NCBI GenBank assembly: GCA_001275005.1
Contig: JWZX01003296.1
Span: 1 to 38,872 of the forward strand
Length of the DNA: 38,872 bases
Source: Chrysochromulina tobinii
Lineage: Eukaryota
Direction of reading: 5' to 3'
Shown here: piece by piece, positions 21,935-33,812 of the stretch
Layout of the letters: each line of letters opens with the position of its first letter
How positions within the stretch are numbered: position 1 is the first letter of the stretch
Position numbers and translations under genes: made by a program
Notes under the pieces: generated by a model
Seen by the model: only the letters and a program-made list of their open reading frames with translations
Databases searched by the model: none
Told to the model about the DNA's origin: nothing

Positions 21935-24900
21935 ATGTCACTCAACGTGACGGGCGAGGACGACCGCACTGAGTTGACTGCAGAGCAAGAGAGTGACCTC
22001 GCGCCCATCGAAAAACGATGGGTGCAGCTCGCCAAGACGGCTGGCCGTGGGGAATCTGAGAGCACACTGCGCAGCCTCCTCCGGACTGGCGTGCCGCCTG
22101 CGCTCCGCTCGCGGGTGTGGATGGCGTTCTCCGGGGCGGCGGCCGAAGTGCAGCCCGGTATGTACGAGCAGCTTCTGGCCGGGAAGAACAGCACGCGCCG
22201 CACGACCAATGAGACGCAGATCGAGCTCGATATTCCCCGCAGCGGCATACTCGACGAGGCCACGCAAAATCGTCTGCGTCGCGTCCTGCGCGCCTTCGCG
22301 GCGTTCCGGCCGAGCTGCGGGTACGTGCAGGGTCAGAATTTCATCGCGGCAGGGCTGCTCCGCGTGATGCACGAGGAGGACGCCTTCTGGCTCCTCGCCA
22401 TCATCGTCGAGGCTTACTTGCCCGACCATTTCACCCAGCACATGATCGGCTCGCTCGTCGACTCCCAGGTGCTCGCCGAGCTTCTGGCGAAGCGGATGCC
22501 CGATGTGGCGGCCAAGCTGGCGGCTCTCGAGGTGCCGGTGCAGCTGCTCGTGATGCGTTGGTTCCTCAGCCTCTGGGCGAATGTGCTCCCCGTGCCCACC
22601 CTTCTGCGCGTATACGATCTCCTCTTCGTGCTTGGGCCGCACGTGATGCCCCTGGTGGGGCTCGCATGCTTCCACGTGATGCGGCCGACCATCCTCGCGG
22701 CGAAGCATGCGGACGAGCTGTCGGCCTCTCATGCGTTGCAGCCGCTGCGCGAGGCGCCACCCGATCAGATCGTGAGCGCCATCCTGAGCGCCATCGTCAC
22801 ACAGGGTGGGGAGCCTCTCAAGCCTTCCACACTCGAAAAGCTCCGAGCCAAGGCGCGTCAGGCGCTCCTCCCGCCGCCTGCGCTTGCCCTCGCCGCCGCC
22901 GAGGCTTCCGCCGCCGCCGCCGCCGCCGCCGCCTCCGCCGCCGCCTTCGCTAACCCCTCAGCCGCCTCCGCTGGCGCACCTCGCCCACGATCTCGCGCAG
23001 TCGAGATACGATCTCGCTCAGTCGAGATACGCGAATCTCTCGTCGCCTCGACTCGCGTCGTTCTGAGCGCTTCGACTCGGTTTGGAGCGTCGATGAGCCT
23101 CGGTCCTCGAAGTGCGAGCGCCGTGTCGAGCGCGCCCGATCCCCCGGAGGTTGTGATGAGATCGCGCGAGATTGTGATGAGATCGCCCGATCCGCCGGAG
23201 GTTGGCACCGAGCGCCGTGTCGAGCGCGACCTGGGAGCTGATACGAAAGGCGCCAGTGCTGGTGCGGAGGCGGGCAGGGATGTGCAGCGGTATGCCATCG
23301 GAGCGCGTGTGATGGTCAAACGGAGCGATGGCAGCGAGTCGGCGGCGGCCATCGTGCAGTTCGATGCAGCGACGAGCCTGTACACGGTGAGGCTCGCTGG
23401 CGGCCTGAAGCAGAAGCGTGCGTGTGAGGCGGACCTGCGCACGGAGCCGGGCGAATCGGCGGCGACGGAGGCGGCAACGGAGATGGCGACGGAGGTGGCT
23501 GGGGAGCATTGTAACGCCCTCCGACCGTGCTCCCATAAGCGGACACTATCTGAGGGGGCGCCCAAGCCTCGGCACGCCCTCCACCGGCGCTCCAATTCCA
23601 CTGCCAATGCTCGCTCGCACAACCCGATGATCTCGAGACCCGATCCTACCGGTGCCGACCCTATGAGCCGAGATATCAGCCGAGATATGAGCCGAGTTGC
23701 GCCTCCCGCCGAGAGGAACGAAGCGATTGAGGATTCCTCCGCGTCGACGGCGTTGGCGGTACCCGCGTTGCCGCGGGCGCGGGTCCGCTCGTCCACCCGC
23801 ACAGTAGCAGTGCCTCTACTCTATCCGATTCCGGCCTCGCCTTCCGGTGCCACCTGCCTAATTAGGGCGGCCTCGGCCCAAGGTGCCACCCAGACCGTTG
23901 AGTCGCCAGCGCTGCTGGAGACGACGAAGAGCGTATGCTCGGAGACGGTGAAGCGCGCGCGCCTTGGTGCGCACGAGGGCTCCGACCAAAAGGGCTCCGA
24001 TCCCACCACCGCCCCCACCGATTGGGGAGTTGCTGTTCGTGCACGGCTCGAAGAGAAGCGTCGCGCAAAAGAGGCGGCCTTGGCGGCCGAGAGCGAGGTG
24101 CGGCGCACGATGCAGCCTCAGGGGCTCCTCTACAAGGAGGTGAACACCGAGGCACTCGAGCGCGCGATCGCGAGCGCGCGGGCCCGCGATGTGAATGCGG
24201 CGCTGCTCAACGAAGCGCAGGCGGCGCTCGATCATAAGCTGGCGGCTCGGCTGGTGCAGCGCGCGCTCTCGCACGCAATGGAGGACGTCACCAAGGAGCA
24301 AAAGGCGCAGGCGCGAGCGGCCAAACAATTCGCCGACGAGGCAGCAGCGGAGGAGCGACGAGTCCGCGAGGCGATGCAGCCGCGCCTCTTTGGTCGCGGC
24401 ATCGATCTGATGGCGCTCGAGAGGGCGCTCGAGCGTGGACGCTCTCAAGAGGATCATAAGAAGGTGGATGCGACGCTCTTGGCCAAGGCCCAGCTGGTAC
24501 TGGATCAGGGCCTCGCCGCCTTGCTCGCGCAGCGCGCGTGCGTGTGGGAGGCCCAACGGGCCGATGCTGAGGAGAAGGCGGCGGCCAAGAAGGCGGAGGC
24601 GGAGGAGAAGGCGGCAGCTAAGAAGGCGGAGGCGGAGGAGAAGGCGGCGGCCAAGGAGGCGGCAGCCAAGGAGGCGGCAGCTAAGAAGGCGGCGGCAGCC
24701 GAGAAGTCGGCGGCAGAGAGGGCGGCGGCCGAGAAGGCGGCGGCCGAGGAGGCGGCGGCCGAGAGGGCGGCGGCCGAGAAGGCGGCGGCCGAGAAGGTGG
24801 CGGCCGAGAAGGCGGCAGCCGAGAAGGCTACGTGTCTGCAGCCCCCCTCGTCTCCTGATGGCCAAGCTGATCCCCAAGGTGTGATCAGCTCCCCGAATGG

Positions 24901-25033
24901 CGGCAAGAAGAGTGGACTCGCGCGAGAGCACGACGGCTGCACTAGCGCGTGGCGAGCGGCAGAGGCGACCACGCGTACTCAACTGCTGCAATTACTCCAG
25001 GCCGCGGATGAGGCCGCCTCGCCCGCCTCATAG
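21935..25033 (+). CDS. TBC-domain Rab GTPase-activating protein with a long low-complexity C-terminal region
   Basis: [20 protein letters not shown] (Arg finger), [10 protein letters not shown] (Gln finger), EEDAFWLL and RWFLSL. Unrecognised introns in the C-terminal part cannot be excluded. Confidence 0.88.
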   Translation: MSLNVTGEDDRTELTAEQESDLAPIEKRWVQLAKTAGRGESESTLRSLLRTGVPPALRSRVWMAFSGAAAEVQPGMYEQLLAGKNSTRRTTNETQIELDIPRSGILDEATQNRLRRVLRAFAAFRPSCGYVQGQNFIAAGLLRVMHEEDAFWLLAIIVEAYLPDHFTQHMIGSLVDSQVLAELLAKRMPDVAAKLAALEVPVQLLVMRWFLSLWANVLPVPTLLRVYDLLFVLGPHVMPLVGLACFHVMRPTILAAKHADELSASHALQPLREAPPDQIVSAILSAIVTQGGEPLKPSTLEKLRAKARQALLPPPALALAAAEASAAAAAAAASAAAFANPSAASAGAPRPRSRAVEIRSRSVEIRESLVASTRVVLSASTRFGASMSLGPRSASAVSSAPDPPEVVMRSREIVMRSPDPPEVGTERRVERDLGADTKGASAGAEAGRDVQRYAIGARVMVKRSDGSESAAAIVQFDAATSLYTVRLAGGLKQKRACEADLRTEPGESAATEAATEMATEVAGEHCNALRPCSHKRTLSEGAPKPRHALHRRSNSTANARSHNPMISRPDPTGADPMSRDISRDMSRVAPPAERNEAIEDSSASTALAVPALPRARVRSSTRTVAVPLLYPIPASPSGATCLIRAASAQGATQTVESPALLETTKSVCSETVKRARLGAHEGSDQKGSDPTTAPTDWGVAVRARLEEKRRAKEAALAAESEVRRTMQPQGLLYKEVNTEALERAIASARARDVNAALLNEAQAALDHKLAARLVQRALSHAMEDVTKEQKAQARAAKQFADEAAAEERRVREAMQPRLFGRGIDLMALERALERGRSQEDHKKVDATLLAKAQLVLDQGLAALLAQRACVWEAQRADAEEKAAAKKAEAEEKAAAKKAEAEEKAAAKEAAAKEAAAKKAAAAEKSAAERAAAEKAAAEEAAAERAAAEKAAAEKVAAEKAAAEKATCLQPPSSPDGQADPQGVISSPNGGKKSGLAREHDGCTSAWRAAEATTRTQLLQLLQAADEAASPAS
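24567..24829 (+). repeat. Coding tandem repeat encoding [11 protein letters not shown] / AEKAA units
   Basis: gaggagaaggcggcggccaag and gccgagaaggcggcg repeats inside the TBC ORF. Confidence 0.85.
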
Positions 25034-25771
25034 GTAGCGGACGCCTCAGTTGATAGGTAGTGGAGAGGATTGGATAGCCTGTGCTGCCAACCGCCCTATC
25101 CTCGCCACGGCAGAATGGGTGCCTACCGGCGCCGCGCCGCCGATGACATTCGCAACGACCCTTCCGCGCGCGCCGATCCCGCGAACGATCCAACGCTGTC
25201 AACTCGTATGGACTATCGACTTGGCGCCAGTTATCAGTCGCGCGCGGCGCATGTGTAGTTTCAGGTCTCAGGCTGTGGAAGCACGACCATGGAGATGGAC
25301 CGCGCGACGACCGACCGAGTCGGTCGAGGTAACGGGTCTATCCGAGAACCGCCTTGGGGCGCGCGACCGAACCGCGCTCGGGCGGGGCTAATCGGTCGGA
25401 TCGCGTGTGGAAAACCGGTCTGTGGACATTAACTGCGTGGACGGTCCGTGGACGATCCGATCACTTACACGCTTTGGAGTTTCGGGTACGGAGGTACGCT
25501 GAAACGCTTCCCCGTTCCTTCCTGCGATCGGTCGCGTCCCGGCCCGTCCAGCTCCAGGCATTTATAGATACAAGCCCACCGGGCACCGGCTGACGATGCC
25601 AGGTTAAGAACACATGAATATGCGCGGCACAGCCACACTGGGGCTGGCGTCCGTTGTCTGGCTTTTGTTGTCTACTCAGTGACGACCGAGTGAGACGGCC
25701 GCTCCGGAACGGCTTGCGCTTGGTGCCCGGTCGCAGCGTGCGGCGCTCCTGCGTACTTAGCGACACGTGGC

Positions 25772-27180
25772 TCAGGGACACTTTTTATGGATAGCTGAGG
25801 CGCCGTGCTCGTCATACTCCTGCTTGGACATCCAGAGCTGCTGGAAGGAGCCGAGCGACGCCAGGATCGAGCCTCCGATCCAAACGGCAAACCGACGCTC
25901 CTGGGGAGTCTGCGGCGCGATGATCTTGACCTTCATCGAGATCTGGGGCACGAGCTCGTTGAGCCGGCCGTGGAGCCGCTCGGTGAGGCCGGGAGTGAGC
26001 GAGCAGCCGCCGCTCACGATGATCGAACCCCACAGCTCGCGCCGCACGTCCGTGTCGCAGCTGCGGATCGTCTCGGCCACGAGATCAGGCAGGGCCATGT
26101 AGCCGTCGGGCACCATCCCCTGGAGCTCGGCGGCTCCGGCGGCGATCGCGGCCGCGTCGGCACCCCCGCCTGGTTGGAGGCAGGGCGGCAGGCTCGAGCG
26201 TAGCAGGCTCGGCTCGAAGAGCACCTCTGGCACGTGCATGCGTTCCCAAGCGACGTCGAGCAGGGAATGGTCGGGGAGTTCCACGTCCCATTTGGAGGAG
26301 TCGAGGGGCACGGCGGGCGTGGGGGCGATCATCGCGCAGCGACAGGCAGACTCCTTGACGTCGCGGAAGAGCTGGAGCAGGTGGTACCGGTGGAAGGCTG
26401 GGTGTGTCCCCGGCGCGTCGATCGGCGAGTACATGAACTCTCCCGGGCCAACCTCCGATCGCTTGAGAGAGTATAGGGGCAGCAGCGGCTGCGGAGGCGT
26501 GCGCAGCTGCACCGAGCGCGCTACAAGCTCGGTGATCGCGTCGCCCGCAAAGTTGTGCCGGCGCACGGAGCGCGTGAGCGCGTACCCGTCGTGCACCGCC
26601 GTCGCCGATATGATGCCGCCACCGACGTCGAGCACGAGGGCCGTGCCGCGCCCGGAGGCAAAGGCCGCGAGCACTGCATTCTTCGAGAGGAAGGCGGCGG
26701 GCACGTCGAACTTCTCAAAGGCGAGCTCGCAGAGCTTCTCGCGCGCGGCGGCAGTGTTGTGCGACGGCTCCGTGAAGAGCACCGGATGCTCCGACGGCAC
26801 GCATGCCAGGCACGACTTGAACGTATGCTCGAGGATCGCCTCGCACGCGTCCCAGTCCTGCACGATGCCGTCCGAGAGCGGGCTGCTGATGCGCATACCG
26901 TCGACCCGATGGCAGAGCGCGTTTGTGCCGACACGGTACTCGGCTTTCGCGCCCGCCTCCTCGCCGCCCAGGATGCCGACCGAGGATGGCACCACGAACT
27001 TGGGGCAGTCCTCGCCCGCAAAGCCCGACTTGGTGCATGTCGAGCCGATGTCGATGACGATCGCGGAGACCTCGTCTGAGGAAGGAGAGAGACGCAACGC
27101 AGCGTGAGTGGCGTCTCTATCAGGCGGGCGCACGCGCGCGTCCTTCGAGCAGCACGCAGGGCCTCACCGCCTCCGTACAT
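25772..27180 (-). CDS. ARP4: Actin-related protein 4 (ARP4/BAF53; exon 1 27180..27168, intron 27167..27076, exon 2 27075..25772)
   Basis: Spliced start MYGGDEVSAIVIDIGS...KSGFAGEDCPK and C-terminus WIGGSILASLGSFQQLWMSKQEYDEHG...KKCP are typical of ARP4. Canonical GTGAGG/CAG splice sites. Confidence 0.93.
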
Positions 27181-27471
27181 GGTCACTCGATGGCGGCCTG
27201 ATCAGTCGCCTGCGCGCGCGTGCCTGCGGAGATAGCGACATGCAATCTGTCAGCGTAGCGAGAGAAGGCTGCAGGCGAGCCGTGTGGGAGAGTGGCGCAA
27301 TCGAACGCGCTGGAGTCTCTTCGCGGGCACTGCGCAAAGGGTGTGTGACATGCCAATGGGTGTGCAACACGGCGCGCATCGGCACGGCGCGATCTGGATT
27401 CTCATACGCGGACGAATGTACATGAATCGATTCGCGGACGATTTTTTTTCACAGAATTAATCTTGCGGGAA

Positions 27472-28400
27472 ATGGCAGGCCCTCTCATTAGCCTCTACAC
27501 ATCGATCGCGCTGCTGCATGCGCCGCTCTCCGTGCCGTCGTTATCGCGCTGCCCCGCCCCGCGCTGCGCCGAGGGAGATAGCCTCTTCTCGGCCTTCGCC
27601 AATCTTTTCAAGGAGGACCCGGACGCTGCCGCGCGCAAGGAGTGAGCGCCAGAGGATTCGCACCTCCGCCTCGGCTCCATGCCTCCGCCACTATACCGCC
27701 GCTAGCCTAGCTGCGCGCCGGCCCGCAGCGCCGCAGCCGCACCTCGTTTCCACGCGCGTGCTGTGTGCTCACCCGCGCCAACCTTTCGACGCTCCGCAAC
27801 CGTTCATCCGCAGGCAGCAGTTTCGCGAGCAGCAGGAGATCCTCGAGCGGCGGCGCAATCCAAAGGCGCGCGAAAAGTACCTAAGAGAGTCCGAGGAGAA
27901 CCGTAGGGTGGCAAGCCGCGAGGCCGCCGACCGCATCGGGTGGCAGCAGAACCCGTTTCAGGACCCGATCAAGGAGTGGAAGAAGCGCAAGGCCGACGAC
28001 AAGGTGAAGCCCCTCGGCTATGAGGATGTGCCCAAAGGCGGCATTCAGTTCCCGATGGCGTCGTTTGGCGTGGGCGGCGAGTTTGGCACCGGGGGCAAGT
28101 ATGACAGTGAGGCCATGCCGCCGAGGCCCGAACGCGCCCTCGTATGAGCCTGCGCTGCTGCGGCTCGCTCGCTCACCGTGTGCTACTATTTGCCGCCGCT
28201 GCTGCCCCGGGCTCGCAGACGGCGAGCGCTTTGACCTCCGGCTGCCGTACGTCGACCAAGGCTGGGTCGAGGGTGGCGATGCGGCTGAGGATGACGCGGA
28301 GAGCGTCGACTTTTTCGCCAATTTGCTCTCGGGCGGCAAGCTGCAGCGCGAGGCAGACGAGCGGCGGCGCAATCAGGGCAAGTCGAAGGGTAATAAGTAG
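27472..28400 (+). CDS. Uncharacterised, probably plastid-targeted protein (exons 27472..27641, 27814..28106, 28219..28400)
   Basis: Two GTGAG...GCAG introns restore one frame: ...AAARKE|QQFREQQEILERRRNP...GGKYDN|GERFDLRLPYVDQGWVE.... The N-terminus looks like a signal + transit peptide. Confidence 0.75.
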
Positions 28401-28752
28401 CCTGAGTCTGCTCTGTGTAACGACCGTGCGAGATCGGGCCGGTGCTCCACACGTGTGATCACACTGGATAACTCGCGAGACGAGGCCACGGCTCCGAATG
28501 CGCGCGAGCGCGAGAGACGCGCGAGAGCTCCGAGTGCCGGCTCACCAGCGCAGCGCCTAAAAATAGCCACAGGTGCGCGAGGCCCCGCTCAGCAGTGTCG
28601 CCGGGATGGAGTGCCTCTCAACACTCCCTGCGCGGTCGTTCCATGCGGAGAATGAGCATGGAGGACGATAATATATTAACTACACGTCTACATAGGACGA
28701 GCACAGATGCGCTTATAAGGTTTGCAGTTTGCCTGTCATCTTTGCACAATCA

Positions 28753-29088
28753 TCATTGCGGTGTGAGGTAGCCCTCGTTATACGCCCAGAGCCCGGCGAT
28801 GACGGGCACTGCGATGGCGATGGCGCCGCCAATGGCGTAGATGGAGCTCTCGACGCGGCGGCTCGTGCCAAAGTCCTCTGTCGCGTCGACACCCGCAGCA
28901 GCACGCTTCTTGGCCATCCACTCCTCAAACTCCTTGTCCTCCTTCGACTTCATCATGAGGCCCGGACGCAGTGCCGCGGCAGGTCGGCCGACGGCCAGAG
29001 GCGAACGCTGAGCGCTCCCGACCACGAGCGACTGTGCGAGACACGGCAGCACGCACACGAGCAGCAAAGTGCGCAAAGACACCGACAT
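28753..29088 (-). CDS. Small single-pass membrane protein, probably plastid/thylakoid-targeted (111 aa)
   Basis: Signal peptide MSVSLRTLLLVCVLPCLAQS, basic transit-like segment, charged helix KEDKEFEEW, and C-terminal TM IYAIGGAIAIAVPVIAGLWAY. Confidence 0.72.
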   Translation of the reverse strand: MSVSLRTLLLVCVLPCLAQSLVVGSAQRSPLAVGRPAAALRPGLMMKSKEDKEFEEWMAKKRAAAGVDATEDFGTSRRVESSIYAIGGAIAIAVPVIAGLWAYNEGYLTPQ

Positions 29089-29269
29089 GGGCTGTGAGCT
29101 ACAGCGAGATCGCGTTGACCAAACCCGCGCAACGAAACCGTAAAGTAACATGTCATCACGACACCCATGCTCCAAAGCGCCGAAGGGAAATGTATGCAGT
29201 GGTTGGACTTTCGGGGAAAAGCGAGCGGCCGAGCCAAAAGGACTCTCAAAGGGATACGGACGGGGCAAC

Positions 29270-29613
29270 ATGGCGACGACCGCCGTTGCTGCGCACTGCG
29301 TTGCCGCCTCGCCGTTCATTTGCTTTCAGCTGAATTTGCTCTGCTCACCACCGCGCCGTGCCACTCCGCCGAGGCCGACGTCCAGCCTCGGCGCGCTGCC
29401 GGTCGATTGCCTTGAGCTCATCGCAAAGGGCTGCTCTTCCGACCTAGGTCGCTTTGCTGCCGTGAGCAAGACGATGCGATCCGTGGCCAGCCCATCATCA
29501 GCACTCTGGAAAGAGGCTTACCAGGCAAAGCACGGCGACGACGCCGACCTGGACGTTCTCTCGAGCTCTCTGATGCGTGCGTGCGTGCTCCGGGAGCATC
29601 CACCAAAACAGAT
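29270..29613 (+). CDS. F-box-containing protein, first exon; downstream exons unresolved
   Basis: LGALPVDCLELIAKGCSSDLGRFAAVSKTMRSVA...LWKEAY is F-box-like. The ORF ends at a GTGAGC donor-like site. Confidence 0.5.
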
Positions 29614-30166
29614 GTGAGCGGCGCTGAGCGTCATTAGCCGATCATTAGAGGACAGGCGAGTAGCACCGCATGCATACCCATCAGAGTTGCCTATGTACTG
29701 AATCCAGCGAGCAGTGCAGCCGTCCCGACCACGGACCGCAACGTTTGCTCGTCTCTTACCGTACGCCGTGGTCGTTGTTCAATCGTTGTACTTCTCCGCT
29801 TGTGTCTGCTGATTCCCGTACTGGTACACGTAAGACGTATTTTCGTTTCTGTATCCAAACCGGTGACTACAGGTCTCCCCAACTGTTCGTCTTGAAGGCC
29901 GATGTTTCCTTTCTATTGTGTAGAACAAACGTGTGCATGACGATCGCAACACGTACTCGAGAAGCATCGTTCCGACGTCGAGGTTCAGAATCATATCTGA
30001 CACGCCACGTACTCCACCGCCGGGCCGCGGCACTTCGACGCGTAATTGATCCGGAACCGCGGAAGAGCCTCGCGTTTGTATTGCCGTACGACCCGAAATC
30101 GAGTGACGAGCTTGTTGAGCATCAGTTTCCCCACAGCGCGGCTGCGAGGCGACCCGCTGGGCCGGG

Positions 30167-31159
30167 CTACCACTTCATCGCGTGCAGCAGTACGCCATGG
30201 CAGGTTTGTGGATTTGTGCAGAGCTCTTTGAACAACTCCTCGTCCACCTTCGCGTCGTGATTGTACTGACGCTTCGGATCGGGCGGGAGGGTGCTCGGGT
30301 GCAGCGCGACGCATTTGAAGTTGGCCGACGAGATGCACAGAGAGACCGCGAATTGCTCGGACCAAGCTGAGCACCCAGCGTCGCACTGCCTGGCCAGCTC
30401 GTCTAGGAGGCGGGCGGAGAAGCGCTGCGCATGCTCCTTGGTCTTCCATCGCCGCTCGCTTGGCACCAATGCATTATAGAGATCTGTGCAAGTGTCATGC
30501 CAGCACCAGCCTTGCCACACCACGGGCTCAGTGGCGACCAGATCTGGATTCAGCTGGCACCGGACGGCGCTCAGCGGCTCGCTCTGCGTCGGCTCGTCGG
30601 TGATGAGATCCGCCACCCCATCGTTTGCGTACGCTGCGACGAGCGCCGCGAGCTCGGCCGTGTAGCCCACATCATCCTCCAGCACCCAGATGGCTTGAGG
30701 TCGGTCACCATCTGCGCAGTCGGGGTAGACGGACCGCCACCATAGACTAATGGCCTCGGCGTGGAAGCCCCAAGCAAGTGAGTGCCGCTTGCCAGCCCAC
30801 TTTCGCCAACCACCTGCCAATGCTTCACCAATCTCCTCTGGCGTGGTGTTGTCACCCAAGCTCTCCAATCCCGACCACTTGCGTTCACCTGGCATCGTAT
30901 GTATCAACTCACCCAGATACGGAAACGCTCGCAGGAGTTGCTGTTCGTCATAAGTATGCAGAGTGGCACCCGGCACCGCCTCGACCACACAGTCTGCTGC
31001 GTCGCGTCCGTGTGTTACATCCATGGAAATATGCATGCGGATGCCTGCATCAGCAAGCGAGCGGTGCCACTCGCGCATTCGTGCCACCATGGCTTCCGTT
31101 GGCTTGTGCGAGCGCACAAGGACCGTCGTGGTAAGGATCGCCTTAGTCGTCTCCGCCAT
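30167..31159 (-). CDS. Putative GT-A-fold glycosyltransferase-like protein
   Basis: Intact 330-aa ORF with WVLEDDVGY (DxD-like metal motif after a hydrophobic strand), WSEQF and a terminal LLHAMKW (HxxK-type end). No signal peptide. Confidence 0.55.
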   Translation of the reverse strand: MAETTKAILTTTVLVRSHKPTEAMVARMREWHRSLADAGIRMHISMDVTHGRDAADCVVEAVPGATLHTYDEQQLLRAFPYLGELIHTMPGERKWSGLESLGDNTTPEEIGEALAGGWRKWAGKRHSLAWGFHAEAISLWWRSVYPDCADGDRPQAIWVLEDDVGYTAELAALVAAYANDGVADLITDEPTQSEPLSAVRCQLNPDLVATEPVVWQGWCWHDTCTDLYNALVPSERRWKTKEHAQRFSARLLDELARQCDAGCSAWSEQFAVSLCISSANFKCVALHPSTLPPDPKRQYNHDAKVDEELFKELCTNPQTCHGVLLHAMKW

Positions 31160-31549
31160 CTCTATTCTAACTGTGAAATGGCTGATATGGGGTTCGTTGA
31201 GGTTCGGTACAAAAAGTAAGGCGTGTAAAAATTGCGCTTGAATTGCGGAGGTCGTCGCCGACGTCGGAAATCCTGATGCGCAACCATTTCCACAGGCCTT
31301 CGACTAGGCAGGTACTCACTCCGTGAACTTGCGAGCGGTGTGAATGGGCCCGGTTTGCACGGTTAATACTCAACCGCCTACTCGGAATGGGCCTTGTCGG
31401 CTTGTGAAGACCAAAACTCGAAACTGCGTCGATTTGTTACGATAACTTATACAAGAGGGTGCGTACGAGAGGAAAAAGACGACGACGTGATGTGAACTCA
31501 CGGACGACGACTGGACTCTAGACGACTCGTAATGATGCATGCACACGAC

Positions 31550-32751
31550 TCACGCGAGCTGCGGCTGCGCGGAAGCCACCACCACTCCGACGGAGGGCCC
31601 TTGATCGCTGTCTGCAGTTGCAGCGGCGACATTGACAACGCCCCGATCCTCCTCGGAGAAGTCCGATTCCCTCAAGCCGCGCTCCTCGACGAGGATCTTC
31701 CCATTGGCCACGTAGCCGACGTGCGTAGCCGCGATCGTCTCGCAAAAGGCGCGATCGTGCGACACGACGACGACCGCGCCTTCATACCGGCCGATAGCGT
31801 CGAGCAGTGCCGCGATCGCCTCCACGTCGAGATGATTCGTCGGCTCATCAAGCAGGATCACATTGTACGGCGACAGACAGAAGGTGGCGAGCGCCACGCG
31901 CGCCTTCTCGCCGCCCGAGAGGTCACGAATCTGGCGGAGGGCCTTCTCACCCACGAGGCCGAGGGAGCCCATGATGGTACGGCACTTCTCTTCTGTGATA
32001 GAAGGGTCGGCCACACGCACGGTCTGCGCCACGTACTCGCACGCACCCATATCCTGCGGCAGGTCCTGAGCCAGGTCCTGTGCAAAGACGCCCAGCTTGA
32101 GGCGCTCGTCTTCGAAGCGCATCGAGGGCTTCTCGAGCTTGATCGTTCCGGAGAGCGCCTTGAGGATCGTGGACTTGCCCGCTCCGTTAGGCCCGCGCAA
32201 GATGAGACGCATGCCCTTGAGGACCTCCAGATTCGCCTCAGTGATGATGTCCTGCTTGCCCAAAGGGTGGCGGATGTTGGCTTTGCGAAGCGCGAGAGGG
32301 GCCATGCCGCAGGAAGGTGGCTTCGCCAGCGTGAGGACGGGCTTCCTCTGCTCGCCGATGAGGAGTGCCTGCGCCGCCGCCTGCTTGATCGCGAGCTTCT
32401 CGAGCTTGCCTTTGCGGTCGGCGGCCTGGCTGGCCTTCGAAGCCTTGGCACCCATACGACCGATAAAGTCCTGCATCCGCTTGCGCTCGCGTTCCTGCGC
32501 CTCGATCGTCGAGCGGATGCGTGCTTGCCGCTCCTCACGCTCTGTCAGGTACTTGTCGAAGCTCATCGACTTGTAGAGCTCAAGCCGACCTCCCGCCACC
32601 TCGGCGATCGAGTCGGCCGCTCGGCGCACGAACTCGGCGTCGTGCGAGACCACGAGCACCGTACCGTCATACTCTCCGACGTCTGCAACGTGGCACCGAC
32701 TCGATCCCAGTCACAGTCAGTTATAGCGCCAGGGCAGCGGCATCATCAGAC

Positions 32752-32802
<51 letters not shown>

Positions 32803-33623
32803 GCAGCAGCAGCAGCAGTAGCGGCAGTCGCAGTGCTTGGAGGCTCAGTATCTCGGTGTTCGAGAGCGTACGCACAGTTGCCGAGCCAGCGACGCGCGGA
32901 CGCGTCGAGATGGTTCGTAGGCTCATCCATGATGAGAAGCTCGGGCTCGCTCAGGAGCAGGCGAGCGAGCCCGATGCGCATCTGCCAGCCTCCCGAAAAG
33001 GAGGAACATTTGCTGTCAAACTCCTCTGGCTTGAAGCCCAAGCCCTGCAGTACCTTCGAGACACGAGCCTCGATGTCGTAGCCGCCGCACGCCTCAAACT
33101 CCTCTTGCGCCTTCTCAAGGCACGCGAGCTCCTCCTCAGAGCCCAAGACGCAGTTCTCGACGGCCGCGTTGAGGGCCTTGGTCGCAGCTTGGAAGCGCGC
33201 CATCCGAGACACGACTTCTTCGCGCACAGTGTTGTCCGATCCGGAGACGGCCGTCTGCTCTAACATGCCCATGCGGAGCGTCGCGTCGACCAGGATCAAG
33301 CCCTCTTCGAGCTTATCGCCTTTCGCACTCGCGGCGATGGCACGGAGCAAGGTGGACTTTCCACAGCCGTTCGTGCCCTGAATAGCCCATCGCGACTTGG
33401 GCATGATGTCCCAGTTGACGTCGAGGATGAGCGGCGAATTGCCGGCCCAGACATCAACCTCTTTGCACACGATGGCAGCGCCGCCGGTGTCGACTTTCAT
33501 GCACGGCAGGGACACACGCGAAGCCGTCGACCGTGTATTCACGCTGGCATAAGCGCCTACGGCGTACGCATCAACCGTGCTGAGCGCTGTGAGGAAGGCA
33601 CATCTGAAGAAGATGCCTTGCAT
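31550..33623 (-). CDS. ABC-F family ATPase, probably plastid-targeted (exon 1 33623..32876, intron 32875..32683, exon 2 32682..31550)
   Basis: Two NBDs (GTNGCGKST/FSGGWQMR/LLIMDEPTNHLD and GPNGAGKST/LSGGEKAR/ILLDEPTNHLD) and no TM domain. The splice gives WLGN|YVGEYDGTVLVVSHD. Bipartite-type N-terminus. Confidence 0.92.
32751..32826. repeat. Compound (GCG)n(GCA)n trinucleotide microsatellite inside the ABC-F intron
   Basis: Directly visible, and lies within intron 32683..32875. Confidence 0.9.
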
Positions 33624-33812
33624 CGTGGCGTTCCTATTTGTTCGCTCAGTCGACCGACCGTTTCGCTGAATTCTCCGCGGTGAGCTCGCGCGGTCACGAG
33701 TCGGGGCTCGTGTAGTGCTCGTAAAGTGAGACAATGTACCGTATTGGCCACGAAATGTACGTACGCGTTGGTTCCGCTGATCACGGGGAACACAACAGTC
33801 CCCCACCCTCGT

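Noticed and set aside
25250..25570. Intergenic stretch with gaccga/tcggtc and tggac motifs, possible MITE
   Set aside because: I found no convincing terminal inverted repeats or target-site duplication.
1255..29613. Apparent ubiquitin/autophagy gene cluster (ATG8, RBR-like E3, TBC, F-box, papain-like enzyme)
   Set aside because: These are common eukaryotic families interspersed with unrelated housekeeping genes; there is no evidence of functional clustering.
29670..30260. 196-aa plus-strand ORF as a standalone gene
   Set aside because: It has no recognisable motif and overlaps the 3' end of the minus-strand gene; parts may be later F-box exons, but I could not resolve them.
32721..32875. 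Poly-Ala C-terminus on the ABC-F N-terminal ORF (and poly-Pro/Arg/Gln in other frames)
   Set aside because: The GCG/GCA tract lies in a canonical intron whose removal restores the ABC-F sequence.
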